A DNA stretch of 64,000 bases from Minutocellus sp. GHC0000111 (lineage: Eukaryota). Below the pieces are notes generated by a model. The model had not been told where the DNA came from and searched no databases. It saw only the letters and a list, made by a program, of their open reading frames with translations. Shown in pieces: positions 59,371 through 64,000 of this stretch (the first letter of the stretch is position 1; every line of letters starts with the position of its first letter). Made by a program: the position numbers and the translations under genes. The stretch lies in NCBI GenBank assembly GCA_977018835.1, contig OZ361257.1, positions 3,534,001 through 3,598,000 on the forward strand. The letters are read 5' to 3'.

Positions 59371-62300
59371 ATGACGGTTGCATCGACTCGCTTTGATATC
59401 TTTCACAAATTTCCATTGGCTATCGCCTTGGCGGTGGCAGCCACCGCCGCTTCCAATGATTCCACGAACATCGATCATGCACAAAGCCAAGTTGATTGGG
59501 TGAAAGCGAACGGAGGATACTTCAACCCCAAGATTGAATTCCATCATTTGGATCCGGACGATCCCACCTCATCGCCGTCTGGTCTTTTCGTCAATGATGA
59601 TGTTGCCAAAGGAGAGGTGCTGATGATAATTCCGCAAAAATGCCTGCTGAGATCCAGTGAAGACGATGCAACGTTGGAAAGCACCTGCGATACCGTTCGC
59701 AATTTGGTGACACAGTACAAGCTCGGTGACAAGAGTGAGTATTGGCCCTACGTTCGGTACATAATGGACGACCGCCATAGAGGTGATTTGCCATCCGAAT
59801 GGTCGGAGGAGGGAAAGGAATTGCTGGAGTCGATCATTCCTGCAGAGCTACTTCCTGAATTCAATGCCACTGATGTATCTTTTGTAACGGAGTGTGCGGT
59901 TGATCCGAATGAAGAGGAGGTTGGGCCGCTTCAAGAGTTTGCTCATCTGGCCGTGCTTCGTCGCTCATGGGATGACATCATGGTCCCTCTGCTTGATATG
60001 GTGAATCACCGCAATGGGCACTGGACAAATGTCGAAAGCAATTCTGCACACGAGGGCAAGGATATTCGTGTCTTTGCTACCCGTGATATTGATGCGGGCG
60101 AACAACTCCACAATTCGTACCTAGGTACAACGAATGCACAGATTGTCACGGCTACGCTCACACATACACGCTACCACGAATTATGAGGGACTATGGATTT
60201 GTGGAGCAATACCCGCAGAGATGGAACTTTGATTATTCTTGGCTAATGTTTGAAGTGGATGAGGTCTTTGACGACGATGGCGAGAACACGGGTGGACTGG
60301 AAGTAATATGGTTCTCTGATCCGCCCGAGTTTCACGGCCGTCACTTCTTGCATGGCGAATTGAAGCGTCTTCAGCGAATGTACGACGATGTACTTGCCAA
60401 AGCCGCTTTGCTGGATTCAAGCCATGAAAAGCGAGTGATTGTCAATTTCTATGATTCGCTATCCACTGCGCTTGATGTTGCCATCATTTCATCTACGGCA
60501 ATATCTCAAGAGGAAGAGGAGGAGGAACTATATGCAAGCAATTACAAGGTACTACTGACGAAGATGGCGAAGAAATATGTTCTCTTCCTTCCCAGCCATA
60601 TGATGACTTGCTTGAGGCTCCATATCAAGTGCCATACAACTTGGATTTTTGTGACTTTTCGATTGCCCATGATCGAGAGAAGTACAAGGTGGTCGAGGAG
60701 TATCAATCACATTACCAAAGGTTGACCTATGGATATTCAGAAGAAGACGACGACACGTGTCTGTACCTGGATGGTATGTCTTCTGTTGTTGTGAAGTTAA
60801 GACACTGACCGCCATTACATGTATGAGATCGATTTGAGTTGTTTTCTCACTTTTTGCATTTTACTGATTGTACAAAATCATATCTCTCCCTTCGCAGACC
60901 ACCTCGAGGCCTGCTCGAGTGTACGTCCTCACTATCATGAGGTAATGGTCCATTATGCTGCAGGATTTCTCGATCAGGTGAAAAGAGTCATAATTTTGGG
61001 AGGAGGTGATAATCTTCTGATTCATGAGGTGTTAAAATACGAGTCCTTGGAACTTGCAGTCATCCTCGAGCTCGATCAGTTGGTAGTTCGATCTGCGTAT
61101 CAGCATTTAGGGGCCCACCCTCACTGGAATGATGACAGAGTCAAGTACTATTTTGGTGATGCTGCCAAGAGTCTTCCTATGCTTCCACGCGAATATTATG
61201 GAACCTTCGATATTGTCTTTATTGATTTACAAACCTGGATCATTGAAATGCTCGGTTTAATGGAGATCTCCTCCAAGCTTATAAATCCGAACGGGTTCAT
61301 AATGAGAAATGAGGATGGTGGCTTTGGTACAAACGATGCATTCGCGCGACATTTGGTCGATATATACACCCCAAATATTCCAGCGTGGTGCGCCCAGGGT
61401 GTTACGATGGGCTCGAACAACGTCGACGTCTTCAATCGTCGATGGAAGCCTCATGAGAATATCAGCAACCTCTTTTTCCTGCCCGAAGAAGAGACAAGTC
61501 ATTTCTACAATTGGTACAGTTATAGAAAGAATGATGATGTTTGCAGGGAGAGTGACAGGGAAATGGACAATAGTTCAAGTACATCTATGCTTGACAAAGA
61601 AGCTCACAGCGCATCGGGAATTCTAATGATTATCGAGGCAGAAGATATTGTTATTTCACTTGAACATTCTTCATCAGTGGCATCAATTCTCAGCGGAGCT
61701 CTTGAAAAGGTAGGCTTCGATGAAGTGTCTACCAGAGAATTTCCTTCTGATCCCAAAGACTTTAGCAGTGGCTCCGATTATACCCTCGTTCATGTCATGA
61801 GTGAAGGATATGTCGTTGCTCGTATATCTCCCAAACACAAGTACGCCGCTTTGGATTTGATGCTTTGGGGTCGATTTGATAGGCAGGAAACCGCAAAAAG
61901 TCACATTGTTGACGCGTTTGAGATTGGTGACAATAGAAAGAAAACTAATCTCGTATCCTCGTACCGCATTGTCACAGGAGGAATGATCGGCGCAAGTAGT
62001 TGGGATGAAGATCGAGGAAAGCTTGGTCCACCGCCAGAAAGGTTGAACCCTTGTGCCCCTGAACAAAACAGTCCAGAGCCAAAAGATGGAGCCGTTGCAC
62101 AAGAGGATATCGACGTTGTACTCGATGAAAGCCTTGCTTTAATTCGAGACATAGATGCCGAAGCTCTTGTAGTTGTAGTCTGCGGAGAGAGATCACTTTC
62201 TCCCTCGTGCAATGCCAAGAATATTATCGGAAAAGACCAAGGGTTTGAGGTTGCTACAATCGTTACCTGCCCGAATCTTTCGGACGATAATGACCCTATT

Positions 62301-63254
62301 GACTCGTCGCTATTGTATGCCTGTGAAATGGATACTCTCGAAACTCTAAGGGAAGTTGTGGAAGCTGAAAACAAAAGTATTGGTGGCATAGTCATTGACC
62401 AAGGTGTTCCGCATGCCATGGGTCAAGTGCTGAACAAGATTTTCAGCGATGTGTTTGAACGGAACGAGTTATTGCAGACAGACTTTTCTGTTGTAGCGAT
62501 TGCGCCCGTCGAATCAAATGAGGACCTTCCTTGGAAATGGCGAAGAGCATTTGTTGAACGCTTCCGAACGAAATTCGTTCAAATTGGTCCAGCCTTCAGT
62601 GCAGACATGAGCTTTGACAACAGCGATGGTAGCAGCAAAGTGGTTCTTGATATGTTTTATACGGCTGACAACAAGGAGTTTTACCCGTTCCTCGATGGTA
62701 TTGTTAAGCGCATTGAAGCCGAGACGAAACTTTCCGCCGACATCAAATACATTCAGAATGGTGTGAATCCATATTTGGCTGAGTTTGAAGCAGAAGAAGT
62801 CTTCACAGATAGCCAATACCGAGAAATTCAGGCTGCTCTTTTTACGAAGAATGAATCCGTGCCAAGAGAAGAGTTCCTTTTTGGTGGTCAAACTATCTTT
62901 CAATTAGTTGTTGCAGATGAAAATGTGGGAGCTAGTATGAGACTGTCATGCTCACGAGTACGAGATGCTGTGAGAAGGACACTGAGGTTGATTCGTGGTG
63001 GCAGCGCTTCTGAGGAGGTCGACACTGTGGTTCATGACGAACTTGGAGAAGGGTGCATCGTTATTTCTGCGTGGAGTTCTGGCAATGCTGTACTGCTTTG
63101 GAATGGAGATCGGAGCTTAGACGTTAATCTATTCATGCGAGGAGGTGAAACTATGAGCATTCATGATGAATTTGGCGCGTACATGAAAAAGTACATTCCG
63201 TCTCTCCAGATTGTGCTTCGAGACGATCAACCAAGAGGGGTTGGTGCTTCGTAG
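59371..63254 (+). CDS. SET domain - aminopropyltransferase - AdoMetDC-like multidomain fusion (candidate long-chain polyamine enzyme), two frame disruptions
   Basis: Signal peptide; SET (MVPLLDMVNH, ATRDIDAGEQLHNSY, DYGFVE); spermidine-synthase domain (RPHYHE, KRVIILGGGD, LELDQ.VV, GDAAKSL, FDIVFIDL); two AdoMetDC-like folds. Intron 60774-60897; 8-bp insertion at 60117-60124; missing base at ~60528. Confidence 0.85.
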
Positions 63255-63361
63255 AGTACGCACGGACCATTAGGCACTTGAAAACTGTACATTATTAGAG
63301 TACCACTTAGTCTCAAGAAATAAAATATGTCCGGAAATAATAATTGCAGCAGAGAAATGAG

Positions 63362-64000
63362 ATGACACACAACACTCGAGGCCAGGCAGCACAGTGGCAA
63401 CTCCACGATCCTAGCTACGAGTTCGTAGTATTGGATAATCGCCGCTGGGGAGCAGATTCCGCTTTCGGCAGCGCATCACCACAAGATGCAGTAACCACCG
63501 CCATTAGAATGTCATTGCTCCCAGTCAAAACAAACAGAGATGAGTGGATGGCAAAGGCCGAGGAGCTCCACAATCGAACCAAAAAGAGACTGCCTTTCGT
63601 CAAAGCGTCTCCCCTTCTAAACGTGAGGCACGAGGCATCGCTTTACACTCAGGCTTCACAGGCCTATGAAATATGTGGCAATGTTCTATCTTCTGCCCAA
63701 TGCAAGAAGAGAGCAGCTTACATTTTGGGCCGCCAACTGCGCCCTCCAGACCAAGCAGCATTGTTGTATCACGAGGCAGCAAGTGCATTGCACACCAAGG
63801 TGAAATCGGCAATATCGGAGGCAGAACGGCTGTACGATCTAGCGCTCACCGAATAACTGCGAAACTGGTCGCTACTATCTTGCTGGAAAGGTAGAGGAGC
63901 AGAGGGCAAGTATGCTGCAGGCAAGGGGAAATGTGGACGGTGCAATCAAAGCCTATGAGAGCGCATCTATCTACTACAGAGCAGATGGGAGGATCAATCA
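63362..64000 (+). CDS. SNAP (NSF attachment protein)-like TPR protein, partial, frameshifted at ~63855
   Basis: SLYTQASQAY...AALLYHEAA; removing one A from GAA TAAC gives EYCETGRYYLAGK...AIKAYESASIYYRADG, which resembles alpha-SNAP. Runs off the window end. Confidence 0.6.

Overview
Gene-dense eukaryotic nuclear DNA, almost certainly from a diatom. This is supported by GT-AG introns, a signal-peptide/AFAP plastid presequence, a diatom-type SET-aminopropyltransferase-AdoMetDC fusion and a diatom-type Cys-rich secreted protein. About 25 protein-coding genes can be read, including a RING-H2 ligase, B3GNTL1/QTGAL-like GT2, CP12-like protein, FAIM/UIM adaptor, SpoU methylase, RRP7, DHCR24, ORC5, sugar porter, CCDC25, sulfotransferase, HAT/TPR protein, MOV10-like helicase, PRMT10-like, VPS53, TPR-methyltransferase, nicastrin, a polyamine multienzyme and a SNAP-like gene. 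No rRNA, tRNA, CRISPR array or intact transposase was recognised. Two things stand out. (1) About a third of the genes, including normally essential ones, carry lesions: 1-bp indels, 8- and 22-bp tandem duplications, an 8-bp palindromic insertion, and two in-frame stops at probable Trp positions. (2) Intergenic DNA is full of chained TA-[palindrome]-TA units (TACATGTA, TAGATCTA, TACCGGTA, TAGCTA, TACGTA) that resemble transposon excision footprints, and one such unit interrupts a coding exon. All product calls come from motif recognition by eye, not database searches.
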